A stretch of 64,000 nt of DNA, from positions 248,001 to 312,000 of the forward strand of contig NW_027191410.1 in assembly GCF_041146345.1 (NCBI RefSeq), given 5' to 3'. Positions 1 to 13,274 of this stretch are shown piece by piece. Source of the stretch: Neodothiora populina (Eukaryota). The translations under genes were made by a program, and so were the position numbers. Every line of letters begins with the position of its first letter. Position 1 is the first letter of the stretch. The notes under the pieces are model-generated. The model was given only the letters and a program-made list of their open reading frames with translations. It ran no database searches and had not been told where the DNA came from.

Positions 1-76
1 TACCGCACCACACCATCTCACTTCTTCACTCGCAGCACTGTGAAGTCGCCGCCGCATCGCATTACGGACATCAACC

Positions 77-1144
<1,068 letters not shown>

Positions 1145-1236
1145 GGTTGAGGACATGTCACAGCGTTGCCCAGCTCTCACCTCATGAATCAACAGGCTCG
1201 ACGCTCTATAGGTTATAACCCTTGATATTAGTCCCC

Positions 1237-2275
1237 TCACATATCCACGCCGGTTCTGATTGCGCCAACACCCTGTGGCGCTCTCTGAGGGTCCGCAATG
1301 CCTTGCTTTTCTGCATGTTTGCTGATCCTGACGAGTTCCTCGACCATGTCATCGCGTACTCTCTTCATGAGGCTGTCCACATCGTCCTTGGTGAGACCTT
1401 TCGTTTTGACAGGCTTCAATACGGAGACGGGGATGCTTCCAGAGTTGAAGACTTGCCTCTTAACGTCCAGGACATTGCTGTAGTTGGCTACGACAACGGG
1501 TACGATGGGGACCTGAGCTTGAATGGCGAGATGGAAAGCCCCCTTCTTGAAGGGAAGAAGAGTAGGCGTGCTGGCGTAGGATCGAGTGCCTTCAGGGAAA
1601 ATGTAGACCGACTGTTGTTCATTGTGCATGGTGTCGGCTGCCTGTGACATGGCTGCCACGGCGTCACTTCTTGACGAACGATTGATGAAGACGGTCTTGG
1701 ATAGGGTCACTGATACGAGGAAGGGAGTCAGAGGGTGTGCGGAAAGAGCAGACCTGGATTTCGTATACAGGAAAAGGAATACAACTTACTGAATTGTCCT
1801 AAAAAGGGAACCCACTTGAGACTGCTCTTTGCCATGACTGAACAGTATGGGGGAAAGATAGCTCCCAGCATCAATACATCAAGTTCACTGTCAGTCCTTA
1901 GATCAGTATCCTCTAAAGACGCCACAGCGACACGACTACTCACGTCTGATGATTGCCAACAATAACCCCCGGTCTGACCTTGAGTCCTCCAAATTTGTCG
2001 GAAACCGCGAACTCTACGCCAGTCATTGCCCACATGATCCACTTGAAACCGCGAGCGGTGGTCCATTGACTCAGACCTCCGTAACCGACGATACGGAGAA
2101 CGATCGAGGCCACGACTCCATAGCATGCGCAGAGAATGAGCGCGGTAAAAGAGGCAATAGACCTGGCAACGAAAGTGAAGATGGGTGCATGTGTCACGCT
2201 TGCGAGAGCGTGCAGTGCTGGTATCGACACCAAAATAGACCCCAGCGTTGCGCCGAGGAAGCTGAAGAAGGGCAT
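1237..2275 (-). CDS. SLC1: 1-acyl-sn-glycerol-3-phosphate acyltransferase; 3 exons
   Basis: Acyltransferase motifs NHQT|ELD, FINRS, FPEGTRS, PFKKGAF, VPIVPV; hydrophobic N-terminus. Confidence 0.93.
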
Positions 2276-2338
2276 AATTGTTAGGTTTCTGCTGTGTTTC
2301 GATAGAGACCTGGAATGGTCGCGCAGCTATGAGATCGA

Positions 2339-2362
2339 GGGCTGGGCTGGGCTGGGCTGGGC
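2339..2362. repeat. (GGGCT)4 microsatellite upstream of SLC1
   Basis: gggctgggctgggctgggctggg seen directly. Confidence 0.85.
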
Positions 2363-2744
2363 CTGTCCTCGTCCCTCTGTACAATTTATATATATATCAC
2401 AAAAGGTGGGCTGGGTGGAGAAAAGATATAGTGCACCTCTAATTGGGTGCAGAAATGTACCTTATACACACTAATGTCTCAGGCTAAGTTGAACTGCGGG
2501 GGCAGCTGTGAACTCTGGATCATCTCCGACCTCGACTTCATCATGAGATAACTCTAGCTAATGTTCTGACATCGACCGAGAATAACACCCAAACGCGTCC
2601 GGAGATTCACAGTGTGTCTGCAAAATAAAGAAAGATAAGAAAGAGGAAGGAGGAAAAAAATGCAGAAGTGGTGAAACGACAATAGCAGCACCTGCCTGTT
2701 CAGGGCGTCACCTTCTTCTTTTGCGTCAACCTGTCTGGATCAAT

Positions 2745-4936
2745 ATGGATATCCTCCAACACCGCACTCCTCCCAAACGGAGATCGATCTCGGACGCAGC
2801 AACAGCAGGGACAGGCCTTGCACCATCTCCCACCTTCAATGAGCTTCCACCCCGGAATGCAGCCAACAGGCTCTCGCTCTCCAAAGATGACCATCATGTT
2901 CCTACCGCTTCACCACAGACGCCTAAGAGGCCTGGCTTCCTTGGACGAGGTCTCTCATTGCAGATGCCCTCAAGAGTCATGCCACTGTCTTTGGGTACGG
3001 TAGCATCGACCAACGCCAGCAAAGGACCTCCAGCTCCGGCTCCATTGTCACCGCAACTCGACACTCTGACTTCGTACGCATCACCGGCCACTTCCTTACC
3101 AAGACACTCTCGCGGCCTGGACTTTTCTCGTGCCTGTACCAATCTTCATCATTCTACTCTGGCTGAACAATCGTCCCCGGACTCGTCTCCCGTCATCACG
3201 CAGAAAGCAATGGGTATCGGCATTCCTTCGCGGAAAGCGTCCATCAGTTCCATGATGCTCGACTCTCCCAACTTAGGACCTGGCTCGACCTGGCCTCAGA
3301 TGAGTCTCAATGATAGATCGACCGTATCGAGCTCGGTCGGCAGCGTCAACATGCTTGCCTCTGACTCCGACAGTGATTCTGATGATGCAGATCTAATGGA
3401 TCCCGACGATGACGACCCCATCTATGCCACCCCCCAGGCACATAAGATGAACAACCATTCCGCACTCACACCCTTTGCACAGAGCACAGCTAGTCCCGGC
3501 GCCACCTGGTCTAACAACTTCTCCCCTGCCCATGCTAGTCTGATGAAGAACTTTCAGAGAGGCAGATTCAGGAAGGAACGAAGCAGGAAAAGTTCGAGCA
3601 GCGCGAGCGGAGCCAGTGCAATGGCCAGTCCGAGGACGACATCACCTCCGCCTTTGCGCAGTATCGAGAGTGCCGGATACTTCCCCTTTAATCGCTTAGC
3701 CAGCAGCCGACGCGAGAGCCTTGCTCTGGGCACTGACCAGATGAACATCTCTTCTGGAAATGATAGTGATGGCGAGGGGGGCCTACCGTACCAACGACGC
3801 CGGGTGTAGTACGCAGAGCTGTGACCCGACGAGGAAATCTCTTACCCAAGACCAAAGGTTTCGCACGTATTCGTGCCGCACTGATGGAGGAAAGTATGCC
3901 AGTGGATGCGGAAGTGAAGCGGGAGGCTGAAACCATCCGCCAAGTGCGCGAAAGAGATAGTGACGATATCGGTGCTTCATCGCCTGGCTTTATCCCTGGT
4001 GCGTCAGAAGGACTAGAAGGCATACAGGAAGACGCATCCATGGGGCTGGACGGCCAACCCAGCACTCACTCACGAATGGGTAGCATGAGCGGCGGCAACA
4101 GTGGTGCTCCAAACATGAATTTCAACCTCCACGCATCCAGAAATTCAGCAGGTCTGAATTACTGGAACAAGTTTGACAAGGATCTACGCACTCCACCACC
4201 TCCTCCGTCATTCTCCACCCGAGCCTCGTCCAGTTTGAATGGAGACATTAACATGGATTCGCCCGCAGGGGGAGGTGCGGGAACTGACTCGAATACCGCA
4301 CGCTCAGCATCGGTGGTCTCAATGTCTGACGAACAATCGATGCCATTCCAACAGCAACAACAACAGCAATCAAACACGCAACAGAGCAACAACAACACCG
4401 ACTTTGCTCGCAAGTTTGGGAAACGTCGCCGAGAAGATGACTTCGACCTGGCCTCGGCTATCAAGCGACGCGCAGTGTCGCCCAGTCTGAGTTCCGTAAA
4501 TGGTAGTCCAGTGGTCAACACTGCTTCGCCTGCGCGTAGTGAGCTCAACAACGGCGGTGCTAGCAATGCCTTCTCCCGAGAAAATACGGCTCCCCTCCCT
4601 GCTACTCTTGGTCTCGGTGGAGCATCATCCGCAGCATCCGCCATATGGGGTCAACCGCCCAAGATGAACGCCATGTCCAGCATCACCCGGGAAAGCTCGA
4701 TGGGTAATGGCAGCGCGTTAGAGCCCGTGAGGAGCAACAGCGGGGGAAGCAACACCAGCGGAATAAGCATGATAAGCTCCGTCTTCGGTGGTGGCGGCGC
4801 TGCCAATGCTTCCACTACAAATGGTAGTGGCAACGGAGCCAGCAGCTCAGGCAACGGGGGTAACCCTCCGAAGAGAATCGGGCTGCAGGGTATGGTCGAC
4901 ACCAACGATGGTATCATGAACATGAGCATCGAATGA
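2745..4936 (+). CDS. Conserved Ser/Pro-rich fungal hypothetical protein, broken by an apparent -1 frameshift near 3776-3781
   Basis: Two abutting ORFs (2721-3809, 3821-4936) carry conserved-looking blocks SLPRHSRGLDFSRACTNLHHSTLAEQSSP, VVRRAVTRRGNLLPKTKGFARIRAAL, KRRREDDFD..IKRRAVSP and RIGLQGMVDTNDGIMNMSIE; no convincing intron between them. Confidence 0.75.
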
Positions 4937-5452
4937 GAGGCGGCCTCATTTGGACCTAATCAACAACAACGATGATAATGATGACGAACAATTTCTCTCT
5001 ATATTCTTTCTTTCCTTCACGGGTTCTATTAGGCAGACTTAGCGGACGTTCATTGTATCCTTTCTTTTCGTGTATATAATTTGTTTTGGTGTGGATTCGG
5101 TGTTCGGTGGACTGAAAAAGTGGAGGGGAGACAACAGGGCAGCAGTGTTCTCACTGCCACTGTCAGCTTTCTGGCAAGATCTGGGACTTCTCTCCTTCAT
5201 TCACATCATGTATCGGTCTATCACTCAAGTGTAGTCATATAACATCTGTTCCTCGAGTCACAAGCAGCCAATACTACCGCGAAGTTTGTCGTGTTTGGAC
5301 CGATGTAGCCAGCCGGAGATATCCTCCCCGAACCTCCGCATGCAAGCTTACAGTTACGCTATACCATAAACATATTCATATGTTACTTTGTTCCATGTCT
5401 CTTGAGCCCAGTGTCGAGTAAGTTGATTCTACGGCTCAAAAGCAACACAATC

Positions 5453-6628
5453 ATGACGAGGCCATCGCCGATACTGAAAAATGTCGCCTCACTGGCATTC
5501 CGCCCGACGTCTCTGCGAGCCACCAGACCTTCGCCATTGACATTGTCGGCGTCATCTCCATCCCCCAAAAGCTGGGTGTGTCCCAGCTGCTCGAACAAAC
5601 AGATTCCGTCCCGAGTCTCGCGAAGGGGCTACGCCTCACAACCGGCCGACAACCCGGAATTCACTTCTATCCTGGACAACCCGCCTCAGCTCGTGCGCGC
5701 AGGCGGCAAGAAGCACGGCTGGGGACTTCTCGTGCTGGGTAATTGCTCCTCCTTCTTTCACTCCACCACTTACTGCCCTCTCTAGACATCTTCTACAACA
5801 CCAAAAGAAAGAAAGAAATGCTGACGAGTATATCGCAGCCTTCATCCCCGCGACCGCCTTCGTGCTAGGATGCTGGCAAGTGCAGCGCCTGGGCTGGAAG
5901 ACGGAACTAATCGCACGCTTCGAGGACCGACTCGTGCGCGACCCCTTGCCCCTTCCGCCGGCCGTGGACCCGAGCGCGATCAAGGACTTCGACTACCGCC
6001 GCGTCACAGCGACGGGGACATTCCGACACGACCAGGAGATGCTGATCGGGCCACGATTACACGACGGCGACGACGGATATCTGGTCATTACCCCGCTAGA
6101 GCGACATTTCGAGGGGTATAATGGCAACGCGACGATCCTGGTTTGCAGAGGCTGGATTCCGAAAGATAAAGCTGCCCAGTCGGCTAGACCTGAGGGGCTC
6201 CCGCGCGGAGAAGTCACGGTGCAGGGCCTGCTGAGGGAGCCGTGGAAGAAGAACATGTTCACGCCGGATAATAAGCCGCTGCAAGGCAAGTTTTACTTCC
6301 CGGATGTTGCGCAGATGGCCGAGTTCACGGGGAGTCAGCCCGTGTGGATCGAGGAGACTATGAAGCAGGATCTTGTCGAGTCGTATGATCGCATGGCTAA
6401 GGGTGTGCCGATTGGACGGGCGGCGGAGGTGAATCTAAGGAACAATCACACGCAGTATATCTTTACGTGGTAAGTGGAGTGTCTTTTTCTCATGTCTGAG
6501 GTTGAGTATAACGTTGACTGTTGTGCAGGTTTTCGCTCTCGCTGGCGACGTCGATCATGTTGTGGATGGTGGTGAAGAAACCCGCGTCCATGTCTCGGCG
6601 TAGAGTCCGCCAGAGCAAAGAGTGGTAG
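5453..6628 (+). CDS. SHY1: SURF1/Shy1 cytochrome c oxidase assembly factor; 3 exons
   Basis: LGCWQVQRLGWKTELI, DYRRV..G.F.HDQE.LIGPR, LVCRGWIP, NLRNNHTQYIFTW|FSLS; Arg/Ser-rich presequence; introns 5739-5838 and 6470-6528. Confidence 0.93.
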
Positions 6629-6712
6629 ATAATTCATGTTCTGGTCACTCAAGTCGGCCACCGACATACCCTGTCTGTCATTCTTTTGACAATACCGTGA
6701 CCATAATTTTGT

Positions 6713-8635
6713 CTAATCTCTATGCATTTCCTCCTCAGTTCCATTATCATCATCGACGACAGCGGCAGAGGCAGTCCTCTCGGACAGCTGACTTGCCAAT
6801 GGAAGCGCACCCCCTCTCCTTATCCTCATCGCATCCTCCAGCTCCAGCTCCTTCTCTCTCAGAACCCCCTTGCCCATCCTCAATTCCTTCTCTCTCCGCC
6901 TCTTGTCCTCCTTGACCGCTCTTTCTCTGTCCCGAAGCGCCTTCTCTCTCCTCTCCCTCTCACGAGTCTATTTCTGTCTCTCCGCCACTGCAGCCGCGTC
7001 TTCCTCGGACAAAGATCCCAGAGGCGCAGGAGCCAGCGTCGAGACATGGGCTTTGATCAGAGGATCGCGAGTCGAAGGCGGCAGCGAGATGAATCTCAGA
7101 TCCGTCTGCAGGTCGTTTACGATCTCACTCTCGCTCATAGCAGGGTACACGGTATCGCGATTGAGGGCCGTCAGCGGCAGACTCTTCAGCAAAGCCGCAA
7201 GATCAGACTTCAGTTGTCGCTCAGGAAGCTTGAGACGCGCCACGTGGTTACGGTAGAGTTTCTCGCGCTCCTTGTCTCCGAAGCGCGGAGCCGTCGAGTC
7301 CTGCCGCATTATGGACTCTTTTTTGAACTTGCGTTTGAACTCGGGCCAGTAGAGTTTCGGGGTCCTGCAATTCTCCGAGAGGAAGGTCAGGTACGGGATG
7401 CGCGGGTCTTGCTTCTGGGACACTTCGCTGCGTGCGGCGCGGATGGCGGCGATGCGGTCGCGCGACCATTCGTCCCATACTTCGTGGCGGGCGCGTGTGG
7501 TGGGGAGTGCAGTGTAGCGCCAGTCGGAGACGATGTCGTCATTGGAGAGAAGATTGTCCCAGGGCGTGAAGGGGGAGAGCTGATGGTCGTTCAGCAGGTC
7601 TTTGAACAGAGCTGCGCTGTCTTCGTCGCTGAGAGCCAGTCCTTCCGCGCCTGGTTCCAGGTCTTCCTCGTTGCCGTCGTCGTATTCGCCTGGGTCTAGG
7701 CCATAGTCTGCTCCCATCTGTGCGAGCTGGTATGCGATATCGTCCTCGCCGAACTCGACAGGCGCATCGGGGTCCGGGTCGTTGTTTTCGTGTTCGTTCT
7801 CCTTTTCTTTTTCTTCTTCGTCTTCGTCATCTGTCACCTCTACTTCTTCGTATTCCGAACTCGAATCTCCGTCTTCTTTTCCGTTTTGACCTGAAGCTTG
7901 AGGTCCTGGCGTCTTGCTGTTGGTAATCGGCACAACCTTGCCTTCTCCATTGCCGTCTTCTGCATCATCCTCAGCCGCTAGTGCAGCAAGTGCAGCCTCG
8001 TCTTCACGCTGCAAGCTCTCCGATCGTCTTCTCCTATTGTTGCGCCCCACTGGCACATTATTGGCTCCCGTGCCCTCGTCTCTCGGCTTGTCGCCCAACT
8101 TCTTTTCCAGTCGGAGTTTGTCATATTCAATGACAGCACTCATGACATCAGGAGGGAATTTCCAGAACGACTCTCCTGTCGAGGTGTTGTGCACGAAGCG
8201 ACGGCCGAGCTTGGTGTAGACCAAGACCCACGGCTCGCATGAAGGGATCAAAGCTTTGCGCTTAGGACGGTCTTCCGGTGGTGGACGGCGTTGCTGAGGC
8301 TTGCGATTGTATTCTGGCTGTACTTGGAAGTGCGCTTGCTGATAAGGCGCAACAGCAGGATATTGGGTTTGCGGATAGGGGTTGTAAGCAGTCTGGTAGC
8401 TCTGGGCCAGAGCGGCATAGTCTTGCGCCGGTGCATTGTATGCTTGCAGCGGTGGATATAGCGCAGGCTGGGGTTGTCTCGGAGGAGTTGCGGCGACAGG
8501 TCTTGTATATGTTGATTGTTTTGTCTGCGTGTTGTAGTAGTATTTATGGCCTGTCGGAGCTGTGTGCTCGGTCCATGCAGGTGGCAGAGCAGGACCGGAT
8601 GGTCTTAATTTCTTTCTCTCTGGCGCTTCGTCCAT
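6713..8635 (-). CDS. WW- and FF-domain splicing/transcription-associated protein (Urn1/Dre4/TCERG1-like), with an in-frame TAG at 6970-6968
   Basis: N-terminal WW (PPAWTEHTAPTGHKYYYNTQTKQSTYTRP), second WW-like (WVLVYTKLGRRFVHNTSTGESFW), FF-like helices (FKDLL...PFTPW..., YWPEFKRKFK); frame continues 84 codons past the TAG to a stop at 6715-6713. Confidence 0.85.
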
Positions 8636-9311
8636 ATCGCCCGTTGTTCGAGAGTTTGGTTCGGGTTCAGCGACGTTGGTGTGGGTAACGATAATCCCAG
8701 CAGAGAAGAATGACGTCGAATTGTATTTCTTGGAGACGTCTGCCCTCTCGGGATCGTCGTCGGCGGTGGAAAGAGGAGGGCGGAGTGGAGGGCGGAGCCG
8801 TCTCTACGCCAAGAACAACTCTGGTGGATGGGAGGAACGCCGCTCGCCGCATAAGAACTAGAATTATGCAATTATTACAGGACGCTTCATAGGCCCTTCT
8901 ATAGAATATATTTATGGTCTCAAAGGTCCGACAGAGAGAGCTGTACAGTTGTCTTTCGATGTGGCTGCAATCGTTGTGTGGTGGTGTCGCACAAAAGTCG
9001 TGAATTGCGGCCAGGCTTTATCCATAGCACGGGATATAAATCACCGATAAGAAGATTAGAATGGCAATCGTTTACCAGGAGAAGACCATGAGTTGGGGTA
9101 GACGTCTTCGCTAGATCTTTACTGTCAAGTGTTGTGATTCTTTCATTCACGAACATTGGTCGAAGTGCAGCAGTCGCGCCTGTATGTAGTCATGTGTTGG
9201 ATCTCGAGACTCGAGCGGACCAACTACGAGGCTTCAAAGACCATCGCAGGATGACAACACGGCGTGGCTCCCTCATCAGTAGCGATTGAGAGTCAAAGTG
9301 ACCCAGTCATC

Positions 9312-9970
9312 TCATGTGGTGTCATCGTTTCCAACCGGCTTGCCGTATTTCATGGCGATGAGCTGCACGAATTCAGCCAGTCCCTCCTCTTCTCCCTCGC
9401 TGGTCCTCATCCTCTTAAATGCATCAGCGGCCTCTTTATCCCCCTTTGACTGTGTCCACTGAGATGGTCGAGACTGCTGCTGGTTGAAGCCACCGCGTCC
9501 TCGCCAACCGCCCCTCCCACGACCGCCTCGCCCCCTTCCTCTACCTCTTCCTTGGAAACTCGAGAATCTCTGTTCCTCAGGGTCTGGCTCCAACGTAAAA
9601 GAATATATGTGCTGCAATTGGATGCGCAGTCCCGGGTATCTGTTCATCAAGCGCAAAAGGTCTGGATCGTTCTGCAGATCCGAATAGTCGATTTTCTTGC
9701 TTTGACGGCCACGAGCGGCGCTTGATACTGGCACATCTTCCTGTACAGGTGTTGATACTGGAGATTCCGCCGATTCCTGGGGCTCTACGACTTCCTCGGC
9801 ATGAGAATCCTTGTGCGATTTATAGCAGGCAAGAGAGCAGCTGCTTCAGGATCAGCTCGAGTAATGTCAAATTTCTTTTCTTTTCTTTTCTCTACTTACT
9901 ACGGCAACTCGCACTTGGAGCATTTGTATTTAGAAGGCTGCAATTGGCACACGCCGCAGATAGATGCCAT
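9312..9970 (-). CDS. HIT1: zf-HIT protein, box C/D snoRNP assembly factor Hit1-like; 2 exons
   Basis: MASICGVCQLQPSKYKCSKCELPY|CSLACYKSH zinc finger joined by a gtaagt...cag intron to ORF 9312-9734, which has an RGG tract. Confidence 0.8.
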
Positions 9971-10156
9971 CACATGGTCATATGATGAATAGTAGTTCTT
10001 TGCGACAGTGTGAGCGTTCTGCAACATAAATATGCTCGCAAAGCAAATGTCGAAGCTGAGTCAGCGACTTTCATATGCGGGCGTCATGAGGCACCTCCGA
10101 AGCACCTGATATGAGAATGAAGATGTAGGAGAAAGATATCCACAACACAACACAAG

Positions 10157-11131
10157 ATGGATCCTCTCAGAAATATGAGCGGCAGAGTAGCGCGCTCAGG
10201 ACTGATCCGAGAACCATGGGTCTGCTCCAATTGCGCCCAGACGGCCAGGAACACGTTTGCCAGGCGGCCACAGGCTCAGAAGATGCAGATGCGCAACATC
10301 CATTCCACGCCTAAACCAAAGCAAGATGCAAATGCGAGCACCGGAAGCAAGAACAGCAGTCCCACAATGGAGGAACTACGGGCCCCATTCAAGGACAAGA
10401 ACAGAAACACACTGTACGTGCACTATACCCAGAACTCGAAGCCTCCACGCCACTTCACCTCTGACTCTTAGCACTCTAGATACTACACGCTCTCGATAAT
10501 CCTAGGCACAGTAGCCCTGAGCTACGGCTCCGTGCCCTTCTACAAGATGATCTGCCAACAGACCGGCTGGGGCGGACAACCGATCAAATCCGCCGCGCAC
10601 ACAGGACCCAGCACAGAAGAAGACATCGCCGCACGTCTGACTCCCGTGACGACCTCGCGCCGTCTACGCATCACATTCCAAGGCAGCACGTCCGACGTGC
10701 TCCCTTGGAAGTTCACTCCCCAGCAGCGCGAGGTGCGCGTGCTCCCCGGCGAGACGGCGCTGGCCTTCTACACGGCGACGAACAACAGTCCCGACGAGGA
10801 CATTATTGGCGTGGCGACGTACTCGGTGACTCCCGGACAGGTCGCGCCGTATTTCAGCAAGATCCAGTGTTTCTGCTTCGAGGAGCAGAGACTGAACAAA
10901 GGCGAGACGGTCGATATGCCCGTATTCTTTTATATTGACCCCGAGTTCTTGAGGGATCCGAACATGAGCAAGATTGATACCATTACTCTCAACTATACCT
11001 TTTTCAGTATGTTTTGTCTCTCCCCTCTCTCTCTCTGCCATTTTCTGCTGTGGTTCACTGCTGACGATTCGTTCCTTCCAGAGGCCAAATATGACAAGAA
11101 CGGTCACTTGTCGCCGACGCCGTTGTCTTGA
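10157..11131 (+). CDS. COX11: Cytochrome c oxidase copper chaperone Cox11; 3 exons
   Basis: YGSVPFYKMICQQTGWGG, PWKFTPQQREVRVLPGETALAFY, KIQCFCFEEQ Cu motif, DMPVFFYIDP. Confidence 0.96.
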
Positions 11132-11507
11132 TCTTGATGTGATGATATCACGTGTATCATAGCGTCCAGCCTCTGTTTTGACCACGAAGATCTGTATATA
11201 AATTATATAGATGAATCATGCTTTCCGCTAAAAGTCTTTTCGAATGAAAAAATTCACAGCTTTCGAAAAAAGAGGAAAAATAAGGAGACAGAGAAACCCT
11301 CCCTTGAGGAAACTGTATCGCGCAACATCAATCTATCGTTAGATCATCTTGGTCGTCATGATGTATGACAAGCATAACAGTGACTGTGGTAGAAGAGTAA
11401 AGGGGCGTATCTGAATGATTCTACATGTACTATACTATACGATTTTGTACATTCTTTATCTCGTCTAGTCTGATTTTTCCAAGCTCTGCTAAAGGCTTCC
11501 TTCTCCC

Positions 11508-13274
11508 TTACTCGTCAAGCAAATCAAGCACGATGGACGGAATACTCTGCACGCCCTCGGCTCTGATAGCGCTGATAGGAACAGCATACAGCTTCTTCTT
11601 CCACGCATTCTGCCTGCCTCCAGGGTGCTCGACTTTACCACCCTGTACATCTTTCAAATAACTACGCAGGCGCTCAAAGTTCTCGTGGGTGTCCTCCTTG
11701 TCGGCTTTGGTGGCAATCACCATCCAGGGCTTCGAAGAGATTGGTTCCAGCTCCAAAGGAGGCAGTTCCCGGTCACGAGTGGGATCGAATAGGACGCTGC
11801 TGTTCCCGGACTCGTCTGGTTCGGTAGTTGCCGGCTTCTCGATTGCGCCCATGGGTGCGTATTTGACGATTGTATTGTCTTCTTGGATGCGGCGCTCTGT
11901 CTCGGCATTGACTTCGCGGTCGCGCAGGTTCTCGTACAGTCCCACTTCTCTCCAGAGTCCTTGTAATGCGGTCACCGCATCACCATTGCTGAGATCGACG
12001 ACGAAGGCAAGAATGCCTGCGCGCTCAATGTGTCGCAGGAAGCCCAGCCCAAGTCCTTTGTCTAGATGCGCGTCCTCGATCAGACCAGGGATATCGGCGA
12101 TGGTGAAGTTCGTCCTGGGAGCCTTTCGGCGCCCTGAAGTATCCAGCTTAGGACGACCTTTGTGATCGTCAAGGACAACAGTGCCGATGTTAGGCTGGAG
12201 TGTAGTGAATGCCCAATTTCCTATGCGTGCCTTGCTGTTGGTGATGGCGCGGAGAAGAGTGCTTTTACCTGCGTTGGGAAGACCCACAAGTCCGACGTCT
12301 GCGAGCAGCTTGAGTTCGAGTTGTATCTCTATGCGCAGAGCGTCGTCGCCTTTCGTGGCGAACTTGGGACGGGGGATGCTCTTTGTGACGAAATGCGGGT
12401 TTCCTAATCCACCCATTGCCCCTGCAGCTAAGATCATGGGGTGCTCCATAGGCTTGTCAAGATCCAGACGAATAGGCGCAGCAGGTTGCGACAATGCTAA
12501 ATTGCTGCGGCGCGGTCGTGGAAGAGCGGGAAAGTCGGCACTCGTGAAATTCGAGGGGATTGCGCCGGGATACAACAGCCACTTGTCTCGTCTCCAGTGT
12601 CTGCTCTGATCTGGCGCAGGGACTTCCTCGCCTGTCTCGTCATCGTAGATCTTGTCTGCACCGAATGCCTTGGCTCTTCTATCCTTGACCTCTGCTTCTG
12701 CGATGGGATCGTGGCGCCAGATCTCCCGAACAATCGTACCGAGAGGTACTTGGATTAGTACGTCTTCACCTCTTTCACCTCCCTGGCCCTTTCCCTGTCC
12801 GTTCTTGCCTCTTCCAGCCTTCAGAATTCCACGTCTGGCAAGCTTGTGTAGGGACGTCTCGCCCTGCACAGCTTGAATCCATATGTTGCCACCCGTACCG
12901 CCATCACCTCCATTCGCAGGCCCGTGAGCAATAAATTTCTCGCGCAAAAATGAGATACAGCCGTGGCCACCGGCACCAGCATGCAATTGAAGCGTACAGC
13001 GATCGGTGAAAGGTGTCATATTGTACGAATCTGGCGGAGGATCGAGCCTGGAAAAATCCTCATCTGGTTCGACTGCGGGCAATCCGTCCGGGTCTTCCTT
13101 TCTCGGCGTGACGGTGGTTATGCATCTGTTGCTGCTTCTACTGCCACATTGATAGCCACTCCTTCTTTTGGTTCTTCTTAGCGTGTGGCGAAGGGTTCGT
13201 GGTGAGGCTTCAGTCCATGCGTTCAGACATGGGTATAGAAAGGGCATCATGAGCCCCTGTGTGGTCTGCATCAT
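11508..13274 (-). CDS. MTG2: Mitochondrial Obg-family GTPase
   Basis: Gly-rich Obg domain (GAGGHG, GPANGGDGGTGG), LKLLADVGLVGLPNAGKSTLL, FTTL.P, IADIPGLIE, GLGLGFLRHIER. Confidence 0.92.
   Translation of the reverse strand: MMQTTQGLMMPFLYPCLNAWTEASPRTLRHTLRRTKRRSGYQCGSRSSNRCITTVTPRKEDPDGLPAVEPDEDFSRLDPPPDSYNMTPFTDRCTLQLHAGAGGHGCISFLREKFIAHGPANGGDGGTGGNIWIQAVQGETSLHKLARRGILKAGRGKNGQGKGQGGERGEDVLIQVPLGTIVREIWRHDPIAEAEVKDRRAKAFGADKIYDDETGEEVPAPDQSRHWRRDKWLLYPGAIPSNFTSADFPALPRPRRSNLALSQPAAPIRLDLDKPMEHPMILAAGAMGGLGNPHFVTKSIPRPKFATKGDDALRIEIQLELKLLADVGLVGLPNAGKSTLLRAITNSKARIGNWAFTTLQPNIGTVVLDDHKGRPKLDTSGRRKAPRTNFTIADIPGLIEDAHLDKGLGLGFLRHIERAGILAFVVDLSNGDAVTALQGLWREVGLYENLRDREVNAETERRIQEDNTIVKYAPMGAIEKPATTEPDESGNSSVLFDPTRDRELPPLELEPISSKPWMVIATKADKEDTHENFERLRSYLKDVQGGKVEHPGGRQNAWKKKLYAVPISAIRAEGVQSIPSIVLDLLDE

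Noticed and set aside
6722..7699. 325-aa plus-strand ORF
   Set aside because: Antisense shadow of the WW/FF gene with no recognisable domain. It stays open across the post-TAG segment, consistent with that segment being coding on the minus strand.
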